A stretch of 60,155 bases of DNA, counting the filler, from Piptocephalis cylindrospora (lineage: Eukaryota): NCBI GenBank assembly GCA_003614145.1. It is 7 parts of 7 records of this genome, joined end to end, with 100 filler letters (N's around TTAATTAATTAA, not from the genome) between each part and the next. Parts side by side here need not be neighbours in the genome. Positions count along the whole stretch, not along the records: positions 17,291 to 25,827 come from KZ988142.1; positions 25,928 to 34,418 come from KZ988143.1; 5 more parts are not named here. One strand, 5' to 3'. Under the pieces are notes generated by a model. That model worked only from the letters and a program-made list of their open reading frames with translations, ran no database searches and was not told where the DNA came from. This document shows positions 23,428-34,518 of this stretch, in pieces. The number at the start of each line of letters is the position of its first letter. The first letter of the stretch is position 1. A program made the position numbers and the translations under genes.

Positions 23428-25167
23428 TTATAATCCCAAGCCATCCCCCGAATCAGAATGGCAGTCGCCAACCTGGGCCATGGCGGCATTATCGGTTGTT
23501 TGGCCGACCCATCCGCCTTGAGGGAGTGGGGCACGGGGGGGAAGGTCATCTAGCCCCACACCAACTAACCACATCATTCCCATGACCATATGAGCGTGGA
23601 CATGGCAGTGGAGGGGCCATATTCCTGGGTTATCCAGCTTGACTCGAATCCTGCGCCATCCACAGCCATTGGCACCATCGAGATCCTTTTGGGAGTAAAC
23701 GATGGATGTGTCCCGATGGACAGGGGAGAAAGGCATAGCTTTTGCCCCAGCGGTCTCGGTGTACAGTCCGGGTCCCTGGCCAATATCCCAGAAGGAATGG
23801 CCATGTAAGTGCCAGGGATGGGTATCGAGACAGGATTTGGCATCTAACTGGATGATGACATCCAGTACCGTTCCCTTTGGATAGATACTCAAGGAGGGTA
23901 TGGGCTTCAAGAGCGCATTAGCGGATCTGGAAGCGTCGATCTCCCTGTAAGCCATGTCCAGGAGACTGGTCCCCATGAGAGAGCCTCTATCGATATAACT
24001 GACATTATTCACCATGTGCTTCTCAGTAGAGTTTCCACGGATAAGGGGAGAAAGGGTTAGGGTTAATACATCGTCGGCCTTGGTTGGCATAATCGGACCC
24101 CCCGAGTCGGCATGCACCTGTGGCAAGATCCAATCGGGGTGATGGAGGGAGGCCGAGGTATCAATTGGGGGAGGAGCCGTAGTAATGTCCATGGCTCCAT
24201 CATAGGTCAAGAGCCCAGCTCCACCAATTTTGGCATCGGAATTATCCCAAATAGCACTGAGACGAATCCAGTAGGAGGATATTTCTTGGTCTGCCTTGAG
24301 CAATACCGAATATCGCTGACCCGGACCAATTTGCAGATGATTCACGGAGATTGGTGTGGTACGATACCCATCGGCCTCTACCAGAGCCATGGAGTGTCCA
24401 TCGATTTTAAGAGAAATGTAGGACAGGGCGCCGGCGTTGATGACGCGCAAACGATAAGTATTTCCCTGGGCTACAGGGATTGTACTGTAACCGCAGCCTG
24501 TGGTTGGAAAGGAGACAGATGACGCAATAGAGGAGTAGCTGGATCCATGGCTCTCCTGAGCCCGACCATTCAGGAGGATGGCCTGAGGTTGTCCCACCCA
24601 TACTACCGGCTTGTTCAAGATGCTATCGTACAACTTCTCGTCATTTTTATGCCAGTAATCGTTGAGGAGAAGGATGCGATCATCATCATATCTCAGATAC
24701 TCCTTAGGGTCATGGATGATGAGAGCCCCATGGACAGAGGAGGCATCGAATCGGGTGTGCGCATGGTAGAAGTAGGTTCCGGAATTATCGGCCCTCCAGC
24801 GGTACTCGTAGATTTCTCCCGGAAGGATAGATAGCTGCGAAATCCCCGGAACCCCGTCGGCAAAGGGAGTCCCACGCTGGGCAACACCATGGAAGTGGAT
24901 GGTGATACCTTTGGTGTGGCCATTGGTCACTCGGACAATAACGATATCGCCCTCGGTGGCGATAATAGGTGGACCAGGGGATCCTCCATTGACTAATAGC
25001 CCGGACTTCTTATAGCAATCGCCATTCCAGATGCCTGACGAAAGAGTCAGATTGGTCCTAACCGTTACGGGAGTGTATCTAGCATTAGCGCTCTCCACGG
25101 CAATGGATAGGGGCAAGATAAAAAGGAGAGCGGACCAAAGGAACCAGATAGTGCTACGGAAATGCAT
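23428..25167 (-). CDS. secreted three-domain multicopper oxidase, ascorbate-oxidase-like, single exon
   Basis: Signal peptide from ATG 25167; copper motifs HFHG, YHAH, HPWHLHGH and HCHVHAHMVMGM all intact. Confidence 0.93.
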   Translation of the reverse strand: MHFRSTIWFLWSALLFILPLSIAVESANARYTPVTVRTNLTLSSGIWNGDCYKKSGLLVNGGSPGPPIIATEGDIVIVRVTNGHTKGITIHFHGVAQRGTPFADGVPGISQLSILPGEIYEYRWRADNSGTYFYHAHTRFDASSVHGALIIHDPKEYLRYDDDRILLLNDYWHKNDEKLYDSILNKPVVWVGQPQAILLNGRAQESHGSSYSSIASSVSFPTTGCGYSTIPVAQGNTYRLRVINAGALSYISLKIDGHSMALVEADGYRTTPISVNHLQIGPGQRYSVLLKADQEISSYWIRLSAIWDNSDAKIGGAGLLTYDGAMDITTAPPPIDTSASLHHPDWILPQVHADSGGPIMPTKADDVLTLTLSPLIRGNSTEKHMVNNVSYIDRGSLMGTSLLDMAYREIDASRSANALLKPIPSLSIYPKGTVLDVIIQLDAKSCLDTHPWHLHGHSFWDIGQGPGLYTETAGAKAMPFSPVHRDTSIVYSQKDLDGANGCGWRRIRVKLDNPGIWPLHCHVHAHMVMGMMWLVGVGLDDLPPRAPLPQGGWVGQTTDNAAMAQVGDCHSDSGDGLGL

Positions 25168-25827
25168 TGGGAATGGTAGGGGATGAAGTGAGATCGGATG
25201 GAAACTGAATGAATGATTACCCCATTCAAGGCCAGGAGAAAAAGAAATGGAAATAAATGGGAGAAGCAATCTATGCTCTATTTAATTGTTTGAGCGTTGA
25301 TGGCGGTTATGATCAAGTGAGGAATAGTATAAGAAAAGAGTAGATGGAGATGGCTGAAGAAGGATGAGAGGGGACAGCTTGGTTAATGTCGAGCCAAAAA
25401 GACTAGTGCTTATGGCGATGTTGGCTTTGCCCGAGCTGAGGTAGTGTATGTGATTTGGAAGGATAAACCAAAGTCCATATCAGCATGTGTGGCTTCTATA
25501 GGGAAGCTTGTATGAAACAATACCATTATAATGTATCATCAGCGTCATCAACTAGTGCGTGTATCCATGATAGATGAAAACTCCTTATGCTTTCAAGTAC
25601 GGGGACCATAGCCAACCTGACACACTATTTTAGGACATGCTTCTGACTTTGGAGAGAGAGAAGAGGGCTCCTGACTTTGGATACCCAAATCGCATGCTGA
25701 TGATGATGATGAAACCATTTTATTTTCTCCAGTGGGGGAGGCGGATGGGAATCCGAACACAGTGTCTGCTAAGATAGTGTTGGGTAGCGCCTACTATGCA
25801 CAAAGGAGTGCTTATCATGACCCCGTC

Positions 25828-25927
25828 NNNNNNNNNNNNNNNNNNNNNNNNNNNNNNNNNNNNNNNNNNNNTTAATTAATTAANNNNNNNNNNNNNNNNN
25901 NNNNNNNNNNNNNNNNNNNNNNNNNNN
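25828..25927. other. artificial contig-joining spacer
   Basis: N44-TTAATTAATTAA-N44. Confidence 0.98.
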
Positions 25928-26074
25928 TGGAATGGAGGCATAGTGGTTTCGCTTGAGAAGGGGGGGGGGGAAGAGGGGGAAAAGAGGTAAGCTTACAATG
26001 AAGGGAATCCTTGCAGTGCTGGTTCGATAAACCGTGTGGGAAAGGGTGGAAGAGTAGTGACGAAGAGCGTTCAT
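25928..26074 (-). CDS. 5' fragment of a probable mitochondrial-targeted protein, truncated by contig end
   Basis: ATG after a pyrimidine tract; MNALRHYSSTLSHTVYRTSTARIPF is Arg/Ser/Thr-rich and acid-free; followed by a GTAAGC donor. Confidence 0.35.
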
Positions 26075-27874
26075 GGTGAAAAGCGAAAGAGGAGGAAAGG
26101 AAGGAAGAAGGAAGGATCCAGGTCCCACAGCTTTCATTCCTTCCTCTCAAGCCTTTATAGCTGATGAGAGTGGCGGGGTGAATGACGATGAAGACACCAC
26201 CTATGAGAAATCCCCTGGATCCTTATCTGATGTGACCTCCCCCCTCCACACGTGACTTGGCAGGGTGGGAAGGGTAGAGTGAGTGGATCACCGCCCATCC
26301 GCGCCCACACACACTGGTCATGATGATGAGGGATTGGGTCTGTGGGAGTGGATGTGAAGTACTAGTACTAAAGTATACTCATCGCATCTACCTCCCTATT
26401 GCTCATTGCATCCATTTCAATCATCTTGAAAACTTGATGACGAGCACTTTTCTTGGTGCTTCTCTGCTCCTTTAATCAGATGGGGAGGGCCGCTCTCATA
26501 TGGCCTCCTGGCTACTCTCTCATCCGTCTTCCCATAGGGTGCGGAAGGGAGGATGGAGAGAAGACAAAAGAAGGATGGGCCGATAACGGTTGAGTGCTAG
26601 GTAGGGTGTTTAATAAAGGGACGTACTCGCTCATTGCTGGCATGGTGACTGTTCCATCCTTGGTACTTTTCCTTGGTCTACTCGCTGCTACTGACCCGCA
26701 GGATCCCACAATCCTGTCCGATAGAATGAGTCCGCTTGAATACCAGAGTGACTATCCTAGGGCCGAAATTCTACTTTTTCCTATTTTAACAACATTTCAA
26801 ATCGCGACACTCTGTTTCTACTTAACGGACATACTCCGCCTTTCTGCTTTCCTCTCCCAATTCGTTTGGGTGTTGAGGGTGGGGAGGTGTATGAGTGTGG
26901 TCCCGTGTATGTGTAGCACCAATTTTCAAGCGATTAAGAACAAAATTCCACTGGATACTAATTCACCAGAACACGCTTCATATCCACGTTGCTCTTGGTC
27001 TATTCCTATTCAGACATCCTTAAACAACAGCATGCTCTTACTTTTGACCATTTGTACTGTAAGAATAATAATAACAATAACAGTAAATGAAGTACCCATT
27101 GATGACAAAATGGACACCGTTAGTTCTATAGAAGGCATGCCAAAGATAGGTGTTCAGGGTAAAGACCTCCATCTCTGTATCAAAGCCCTTGAAGTAAGCT
27201 AGAGAGCCGATAAATAAACAGAAGAGTCATATGAGCTTCAGCCACGACCGAGTTGACTTGACGAACGGGAGATAGTCTAGGAAGGATGCGCTATGAGTTT
27301 GCTGAATATATTATCTATGGGTGTTCTGAATTGTAGGTGGAGCCCTATCACGTGGATATCGTGCTACTTCTACTTTACACGGGAGAGGAAGGGGTAGGGC
27401 GATAGGGCTGGATCATCCGAAGGGCACAGGCTGTGGAATTGAAGAGGGGGCACAAAGCACACGGAGGCAGGCTATGCGGCCAGACTAGATCGAGCTATCC
27501 CAGGGTTCTTGCCAGGGCAAATGTCTCTGGGTGCATGCAAAAGATCATGTCTTCGGTCATGTTGAGTAGGGGTATGTCTAAGCGGATTGCGTCTAGTCTT
27601 CCCCTTCTCTTCTCGTATATCCTCAATTACTCGTCTCTAGATTCGTCCTTTCTGGACTTACCCCTCCCCTTCCCTCCCCTCCCCTCCCCTCCCTATACTT
27701 TGTCAGAAAATTAAAGAGTAGAAAAGGTATGCGAGGTACGATTCTGTTCATTTATATATATGTCTATCTATTGGACATGGCTCGGTAGATGTGAGGAAAA
27801 GGAGAGATAGGGAGGAAGAACTACAAGCTTACCTTTGATCATGGGCCTTCACTTCATGGGTTCCACCACATCCA

Positions 27875-28957
27875 TCAGGACTTTTTTTTCCCTCGTTTAG
27901 ATCGTCTCCCTCGACCACCGCCTCTTCCCCCTCTTCCCTTCTTGGGGGTAGTGGTTCGTTGCTGGGTGCCGTGCCCTTCGCCAGTGGAGTAATCCATGGG
28001 AGTGGAGTCACTCGGAGTAAAATCCATCTGATTCATGTACATTCGGTGAATCAACGGGTCAGTGATCTGGAGAGCATTCAGACTGATAAAGTCTTGGAGG
28101 GGGGAAAGTGACCGATGAAGCCCATCCTCTCCACCCACCCGCTCCTCCTCCTCCTCCTCCTCCTCGAGGACCATAATAGGACCTTGCTTACGAGGCCTCT
28201 TCCTCATGACCTGGAATTCCTCATCCGCTTCCTCCCCTTCCTCCAGTGCCTCCACCATGGAGAGAAGTTCATCCATGCCAGGTTCATCTCTAGGATCGGG
28301 GATAACAGATTGTCCATCTCTGGATCTCCTCTTGCTGCTTTTCTGCACTGGGCCCTCCTCATCACTATCGTCAATCTGGATAATATGATCCATACTCTGA
28401 GATCCCGATTCGTGGAGGATGGGAGAGGAAAAGGATCCTCCTGAACGATTTGCTTCTCGCTTCCCGGAGGAGGAAAAAGTATCTCCTGCCCTACTTGATT
28501 CATCTACCCCGGAGGAAGTATCCGAAGCCTGAAAGGCCTTTACCTCCTCCTGAAGATGGGCTTTGTATACCGCGGTGGGGATGGATTCTTCGCAAAAGGG
28601 GCATGTGGTGACCAGGGGGGTATTCTTCTCATCCTTCTTGAGATCGTGATCTGCCTGGATGATGGAGCAATCGGCCGCATGATCCTCGATTTCGTCTAGA
28701 GAAAAGGTGCCCTCACACAAAGGACATGTTGTCGTGGTAAGGGAGCTTTCCCTCGTAGTGTTTGATGTGTTTGATGTGTTTGATGTGTTTGACCGTGGCT
28801 CCTCCTCCTCCTTCTTCTTCGCGAGACCCATCCTACTGGAGTTGGCCTTCCTTGCTTGGGGTGAGGTGGTGAAGGAAAGGGATGAGGGAAGAAAGTCATC
28901 GTCATCCTCTTCAAGGCCCTTTTCTCGCCGAGATGCTGGGCTTGGGAGGGGGGACAT
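27875..28957 (-). CDS. hypothetical nuclear protein with two UBZ-like Zn fingers, SIM-like motifs and an RGG/basic tail
   Basis: CPLCEGTFSLDEIEDHAADC (UBZ4-like), CPFCEESIPTAVYKAHL, IIQIDDSDEE, C-terminal KKGRGGRGGGRGRR. A minus-strand TATAAAAG at ~29061-29068 supports ATG 28957. Confidence 0.75.
   Translation of the reverse strand: MSPLPSPASRREKGLEEDDDDFLPSSLSFTTSPQARKANSSRMGLAKKKEEEEPRSNTSNTSNTSNTTRESSLTTTTCPLCEGTFSLDEIEDHAADCSIIQADHDLKKDEKNTPLVTTCPFCEESIPTAVYKAHLQEEVKAFQASDTSSGVDESSRAGDTFSSSGKREANRSGGSFSSPILHESGSQSMDHIIQIDDSDEEGPVQKSSKRRSRDGQSVIPDPRDEPGMDELLSMVEALEEGEEADEEFQVMRKRPRKQGPIMVLEEEEEEEERVGGEDGLHRSLSPLQDFISLNALQITDPLIHRMYMNQMDFTPSDSTPMDYSTGEGHGTQQRTTTPKKGRGGRGGGRGRRSKRGKKKS
28758..28790. 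repeat. 9-bp coding tandem repeat (GTGTTTGAT)x3+
   Basis: Encodes SNT-SNT-SNT-SNT on the minus strand. Confidence 0.8.
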
Positions 28958-29505
28958 GACAAGATGGATGGCGGTGGCGGTATAAACAAAAAGAAGCAAA
29001 GGGAGGTGATCCAAACGACGAGCTCTGGACAATGGAAGAACAGCAGATCGCACAGCGTACCTTTTATACCACAACTTCATGTCGACCTGGCCCTACTCTC
29101 TCGTTTCCATACAATGTGACTCATAGTCTCCTCTCCCTCCTCCACCTTCTATGAATGTACTACACGCTGGAGGCAGAAGACTGTCCGGCCATATATACAC
29201 ACACGGACATGGACACATGAGGAGCCATAGACATCCGCAAGCACGACCTTCAACGACGCTCTAACTAGCCCAGAGGGAAGCGCCCTCACTGCAGGGTGAA
29301 TAGCCTGTGTCAGCTCCATTTCCCTAACTCACCGACAGGCCCGCACAAACACATGCCCGTCCTGTTTACCCAGGCTTCTCTCTTCCTTTTCTCCGTCCGT
29401 GATCCCTCCCTTTCTTTGGTTTTCCTCAGCAGTCGTTGAGCGAATTTCGCATCCCTTTTCTTTCTTTCCTGCTATTCCATCTCTAGTCTCTTTTCTCTCC
29501 CCGCC

Positions 29506-30258
29506 ATGGTCTCTACTCCCGCGCACTCCTATCATGCAAGGTCATATGTAGCTGAGCGAATCAGGTCCTTATTGTCCGACGACTCCCCCTCCTCGACCAT
29601 TTCCTCGTCGACTCGGTCCAGATTGGAAGAGTCCCTTCAGCTCCTCCGACAGGTCGTTGAGACCTATGGAGAGGGATTGGCCTTGTCCTTCAACGGTGGA
29701 AAGGATTGTACTCTCCTGCTCTACCTACTGTGTGCTGCCTTGGAGGACTCGGAGACAATGAGATCCAAGCCTCTCCCAACAGTGTATATCACCCATAACC
29801 ATCCATTTAATGAGGTGGATGAATTTATCGACCAGTGCGTCTCGCGCTATGGGCTGAGTCTTGCCCGGGAGAATGAGCCGATGAAGGAGGGACTGAGCCA
29901 CTTTCTCTCCTCCTCTCCTATCCCCGTTCAGGCCATCTTGGTGGGTATACGTTTCGGGGATCCCTATTCCTCCAACCTTCAGGATATTCAGGCCACCGAT
30001 CGAGGCTGGCCCGTCTTTACCCGTATCCATCCGGTTCTTCGGTGGACCCACGATGAGGTGTGGGAGGTACTGCGGGCCATCCAGCTCCCTTATTGCTCCC
30101 TTTACGACCATGGATACACCTCCCTTGGAGGCACCAATGACACTCGGCCGAATCCTGCGCTGGCACTTCCCCCCAATGCACAGGGAGTGGTGGAGTATGC
30201 CCCTGCGTGGAAGCTGACCGATTCCACCAAGGAGCGCGATTGTCGAGTGAAGAAGTGA
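29506..30258 (+). CDS. FAD1: FAD synthetase (FMN adenylyltransferase, PAPS-reductase family)
   Basis: LSFNGGKDCT PP-loop, AILVGIRFGDPY, TDRGWP, YCSLYDHGYTSLGG, PNPAL and terminal ER.R. Confidence 0.95.
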   Translation: MVSTPAHSYHARSYVAERIRSLLSDDSPSSTISSSTRSRLEESLQLLRQVVETYGEGLALSFNGGKDCTLLLYLLCAALEDSETMRSKPLPTVYITHNHPFNEVDEFIDQCVSRYGLSLARENEPMKEGLSHFLSSSPIPVQAILVGIRFGDPYSSNLQDIQATDRGWPVFTRIHPVLRWTHDEVWEVLRAIQLPYCSLYDHGYTSLGGTNDTRPNPALALPPNAQGVVEYAPAWKLTDSTKERDCRVKK

Positions 30259-30357
30259 AAGCACGAAAGAAAGAGGGAGAGTGAGAAAAAGAGAAAGTGA
30301 AGGATATGTGTATTATGCTAGCTTCATCGGCGCCTCTATCCACGCCCAGTCCCCTCA

Positions 30358-31542
30358 CTACCCTGAATTGGATGCCGAAGAGTGGGTCAAGGCATGGATG
30401 AGGATACCGGCGGTGGTGGCTACATTCAGGGAATCAACCCAGGGAGACCGAGTGGGATTTCCCGAGGGGATGGTGATTCGATGAGTTAGGACCTGAGTAA
30501 GGCCCTGGCCAAGACCCTGACCCTCATTCCCAAAGACCAGGATGGATGGACCCGGTGAGGAGTAGGGATAGAGAGATAGGGTGGGCAGGCCCCCTCCCCA
30601 TCCCCCTTTCCCATCCTGCTCATCGCCTGAGGAGGATGGGGGCATGGGGCCAATGATAGACCATCCTGCCTCTGCGGATTTCTACATGGGGATGGGGATG
30701 TGAATAGAAAGGCTATACCCAGGCCAGACCCCCTCCAAAAGCTCAGAGTAGCCCTTTACCTGAAGGAAAGTCCTCATGCGTGTGGTATGATAAAAATGAT
30801 CGATAAACTCCATGGCCCCAGCACTGGCCCTGGAGGCAGTGGGAGAAGGGAGAGCGGATTCTTTTGTCCCGAGGATAATGCCATCTACCCCAAAGTAGTA
30901 GGCGGATCGGAGGATGGCTCCGAGGTTCTGAGGATCCTGAATACGGTCCAGGGCTAGCCATAATGGTGATCTCCCATGCACCTGGGGAGGGGGAAGGGGA
31001 AGGAGATGGTTGGGTGCATCGGTCGGCACCCCATAATAGTGCCCTCCATTGCCCCCTGGGACGGGTCCGGTAAGATGGGTGAGGCGAGGAAGATCCCGAA
31101 GCACGTCAGTTTCCAGAACCACTCCCTGATGTGGTCTTCCTCCCGAGAGCTTGGAGAGCTCTTCCCGGGTCCGGTGCTCCACCCGGACCTCCCTTTCTTG
31201 TGCCAGGGCCAGAAGGCGCGCTCGATAGGCTCGATCCTCTGGGGTAGCTGGGGCTATCGGGTCACGTTGTCGAATGTGCACAGCCCTGATCACCCTCCGG
31301 TCTCGTTCCAGGGCCGGAAGGACCGAGTGGTACCCGTAGAGATAGTCTGCTTCCTGAGTCTTGGTCTTTCCCCATTTCCTGTTTGTTGACCTTTTCTGCC
31401 CTGAAGGAGGAATGGAGGTGGAGATGGACTGCTGGGGGAAGCATGACCACTTGAGACCACCTGTGAGGCCTGCCGGGTTCTTTACACCTACCAGCCTCCT
31501 TGAATCTGAGCAGGAGAAGATGGAGGTGGGTCGTCGGAACAT
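30358..31542 (-). CDS. MRM1: mitochondrial rRNA 2'-O-methyltransferase (SpoU/TrmH family), 2 exons
   Basis: LYGYHSVLPAL, GRPHQGVVL, LDRIQDPQNLGAILRSAYYFGVD, ASRASAGAME; intron 30682-30759; LVFGNEGQGL and VDSLNVATTAGIL; presequence-like N-terminus. Confidence 0.92.
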
Positions 31543-32180
31543 CCTAACAGCACCTTGTTTTGTGTACACTAAAGGAAGGGGGATGGAGAGAGGTAAGCAG
31601 TGAGCGTACTTTGGAAGCGTTTAGTATGAAAAAGCCTTGGTGACCTCCTCTCCCTCGTTGTGCAAGGATGCACTTTCCTCTAGCCCACCACCCTTCGTTC
31701 TTTCTTCACAATTTCATGATCCAATCTTGTGTCATTCCAATGACTCATACAAATGGTTGGATCAGAAGAAGGATAATACGCGCTACTGGGTTGGATAATT
31801 ACAATGCCCCTTGCCCCTTTCCCCCTCCCTTTTGTGATACTGGCAGTGCTTTAAAGGAGTGTGGGTCACTGAAACGATGAGCTATTGGATGGGTTTGTGT
31901 CTCAGTCGCTCTTGTCAGCAGCTTACGCAATCGCCCTGTGTATGACTTGGGTAGGAGTAGGAAGAATAAAAGCTGGGTCTCAAGGGATGACAGATGTCTT
32001 TGCAGGAGAGGCTACAACAAAACATAATAATAATAACATTGCAGACACCCACCTCCTCTCCTTTTCCCTCTCCCTTCAATGACTCATTCATCCTTATCCT
32101 CATTCCTTGGCGGGGAGCAGCATCGGAATCCACACGATGAGCCTTACACTCCGTCTGACATGACCACATCGGAGCAAAAG

Positions 32181-32188
32181 TATAAAAG
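32181..32188 (+). promoter_or_regulatory. putative TATA box of the pirin gene
   Basis: TATAAAAG ~150 bp upstream of ATG 32334, followed by a CT-rich leader. Confidence 0.5.
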
Positions 32189-32333
32189 GATCTCCCCTTC
32201 GCCGTCAGACTCTCTCACATTTCCAAACAACACCATCCTTTATTCCTCCACCTTCATCCTTGCTCTTCTAGCCATTCTTTCCACAATTTTCCTCTCCCCA
32301 TCCTCTCTCACTCTCACATCCGCTCCAAAGACC

Positions 32334-33119
32334 ATGGCTAAAATTACCCTACGTAAAGGCTCCGACCGTGGCACGGCCAACCATGGATGGCTCGACACCC
32401 ATCACACATTCTCCTTTGCCGATTACTACGACAGTCGGTTCAACGGGTTTGGGGCCCTTCGCGTCTTAAATGAAGATGTAGTCCAGCCGTCCACGGGCTT
32501 TGGAAGACATCCTCACCGGGAATTCGAGATCTTTTCCTACATCATCAGCGGGGAACTGGAACACCGGGATTCCCTGGGCCATGTTGAGATCCTGAAACGA
32601 GGGAACGTTCAGCACACGACGACAGGAACAGGGATCACTCACTCCGAGTACAACGTCCATCCCTCCCTCCCCGTCCACTTCCTCCAGATCTGGGCCAAGC
32701 CCAACAAGGCTCGTCTTCCTCCTCGGTATGTTACCGGGACGTTTGAGGAGGACAGGAAGAAGAATACTCTTCTCCAGATTGTTGGTCCGATCGAAGAGAC
32801 CTCTGGTGCTGTGGATGATGAGAAGGAGGTCAAAGGAGATGACCCTGTTGGAATCCATGCCAATCTCCGGGTCTACGCTTCCATCCTCTCCCCGGGATCC
32901 AAGGTGGACCTTCCCCCAGTCAAGACCGAGGGTCGTAAGTACTATGTCCACACCCTTCAAACCACTGGATCCTCCACCCTCCGCTCGTCCACCCAGTCCT
33001 TTCCCCTTTCCCCTGGGGACGGGGCTTTCATCGAATCCCTTGCCCCCTCAGATCAGGGCCTTTCCGTTGAGGCCAGTGGGGATTCAGAAGTGGAGTTTTT
33101 ACTTTTTGAGACCGAGTAG
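32334..33119 (+). CDS. pirin-family (YhhW-like) bicupin, single exon
   Basis: RGTANHGWLDTHHTFSFADYYD, LRVLNED, GFGRHPHREFEIFSY, LEHRDSLG, GITHSE and HFLQIW. Confidence 0.94.
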   Translation: MAKITLRKGSDRGTANHGWLDTHHTFSFADYYDSRFNGFGALRVLNEDVVQPSTGFGRHPHREFEIFSYIISGELEHRDSLGHVEILKRGNVQHTTTGTGITHSEYNVHPSLPVHFLQIWAKPNKARLPPRYVTGTFEEDRKKNTLLQIVGPIEETSGAVDDEKEVKGDDPVGIHANLRVYASILSPGSKVDLPPVKTEGRKYYVHTLQTTGSSTLRSSTQSFPLSPGDGAFIESLAPSDQGLSVEASGDSEVEFLLFETE

Positions 33120-33274
33120 ATCTGAATGAAGAATGTATTGCTCTGCCCCCGTGTCTGTAGAGAAGACGATCAGCTATCCCATGTGGACACACAGAAAAGA
33201 AAGTACTCTTTTTTTATACCCCTCTCATCCCTCCCCGACACACCAACCGCTAAAGGATAAAACACACACCCGAG

Positions 33275-34337
33275 CTAAAAGACGGTCATGAGGGCAAATG
33301 AGGTGTAGAGAAGACAGATGGGATAGGCCACCAGGAGTCTCTGATCATTCATCCCCATGACTACGGAGAAGATGCCGCTTGCAGCATAGGTGCACCACGA
33401 GACGGCCAGGGTGGCGCTTGCCCCGCCTACGTAGCCGCTGCATGATGGGAGGAAAGATGAGTGGAAGTGTGGGAGAGAGAGAGAGAGCCACGCGCACTGT
33501 TATGCCATGTTCCGGTGCACTCACGTTAGGGGGATGACGGCGGATATAGCAGCAAGAAGGACCATGGGCATCAAGGAGTATCCAAGGACCGAGGCGGTAC
33601 GGTAGGCATCGGCGCCCGAGGTGGACATGAGGGAAAGGATGGAGTGGATGGCAAGACAGCCTAGGGCGGCCACACCGTAAATGTATCCAAAGTGAACCTT
33701 GCCTGACATGAGGAGGAGGACGCCGAAAAGGAGGTAGAAGAGCAAGGGTCCAGCCAGATCCGTATCGTCCATAAGGTGTTTGTCGATGGGTTTGATTGGA
33801 TTTAGGACAGCGATGCTCTATGTGTGTGTGAGGAGGTGTGTGTGAGGAGAATGCAGTGACATCTCTTAGGGCAGAGGATGAATCCTTACCTTGGATTGAA
33901 TGTGTCCAAAGTTAATTCCAAGTTCTAAGGAAGGATACGTCGTTTAGTGTTGAGAACAAGATTCGCTCACACAGCCCGATGAAAAAGGGGAGCTTACCCT
34001 CAAGAAGTGGAGGCTCGTTGGGGTAAGCCCCAGTACCGAGAGCCACCAACCATCCAGCACCTGCTAGTCCCTGGGTGGATCCATACCCTGCCCCACCAAT
34101 GGGTCCTCCTTGGACCCCGGGACCAGCACCAGCCCCATTGTAGTAAGAACCGCCCTGGCCTGGTGCCGGGGCGGGGTAAGCAGATCCAGCGCCGCTCTGA
34201 GCCCCAGCTTCCCCGCCATACGCGGATTGGTAAAAATCGAGGGACTCGGCGGTGGTTCCCTCAGTCTGGTTGACGGCCGAGGGGCCTTCGTAGTACTCTT
34301 GCTGATCAAACAGGACTGAATGGACGGGTTGGGACAT
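33275..34337 (-). CDS. YIP1: Yip1/YIPF5 Golgi-ER membrane protein, multi-exon
   Basis: EPPLLE/ELGINF, MDDTDLAGPLLF, GKVHFGYIYG, SVLGYSLMP, WCTYAAS and LLVAYPICLLY; TAG at 33275-33277. Confidence 0.94.
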
Positions 34338-34418
34338 GGCGGGGATGGCAGTGGTGGTCTTTGGGATCGAGGAAGGGTGGAAGAAGGGGAGGTAGGAGCG
34401 GGGAGAGAGTCAATTGGT

Positions 34419-34518
34419 NNNNNNNNNNNNNNNNNNNNNNNNNNNNNNNNNNNNNNNNNNNNTTAATTAATTAANNNNNNNNNNNNNNNNNNNNNNNNNN
34501 NNNNNNNNNNNNNNNNNN
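34419..34518. other. artificial contig-joining spacer
   Basis: N44-TTAATTAATTAA-N44. Confidence 0.98.

Noticed and set aside
23641..23660. tRNA T-loop-like GACTCGAATCC
   Set aside because: Lies inside the multicopper oxidase CDS; no cloverleaf can be folded around it.
26594..27202. 202-aa plus-strand hydrophobic ORF
   Set aside because: GTG start, no family motifs, and splice signals point to the opposite strand.
32334..33119. Recent bacterial horizontal transfer of the intronless YhhW-like pirin
   Set aside because: YhhW-type pirins are widespread in fungi, its composition resembles its neighbours, and several core genes here are also intronless.
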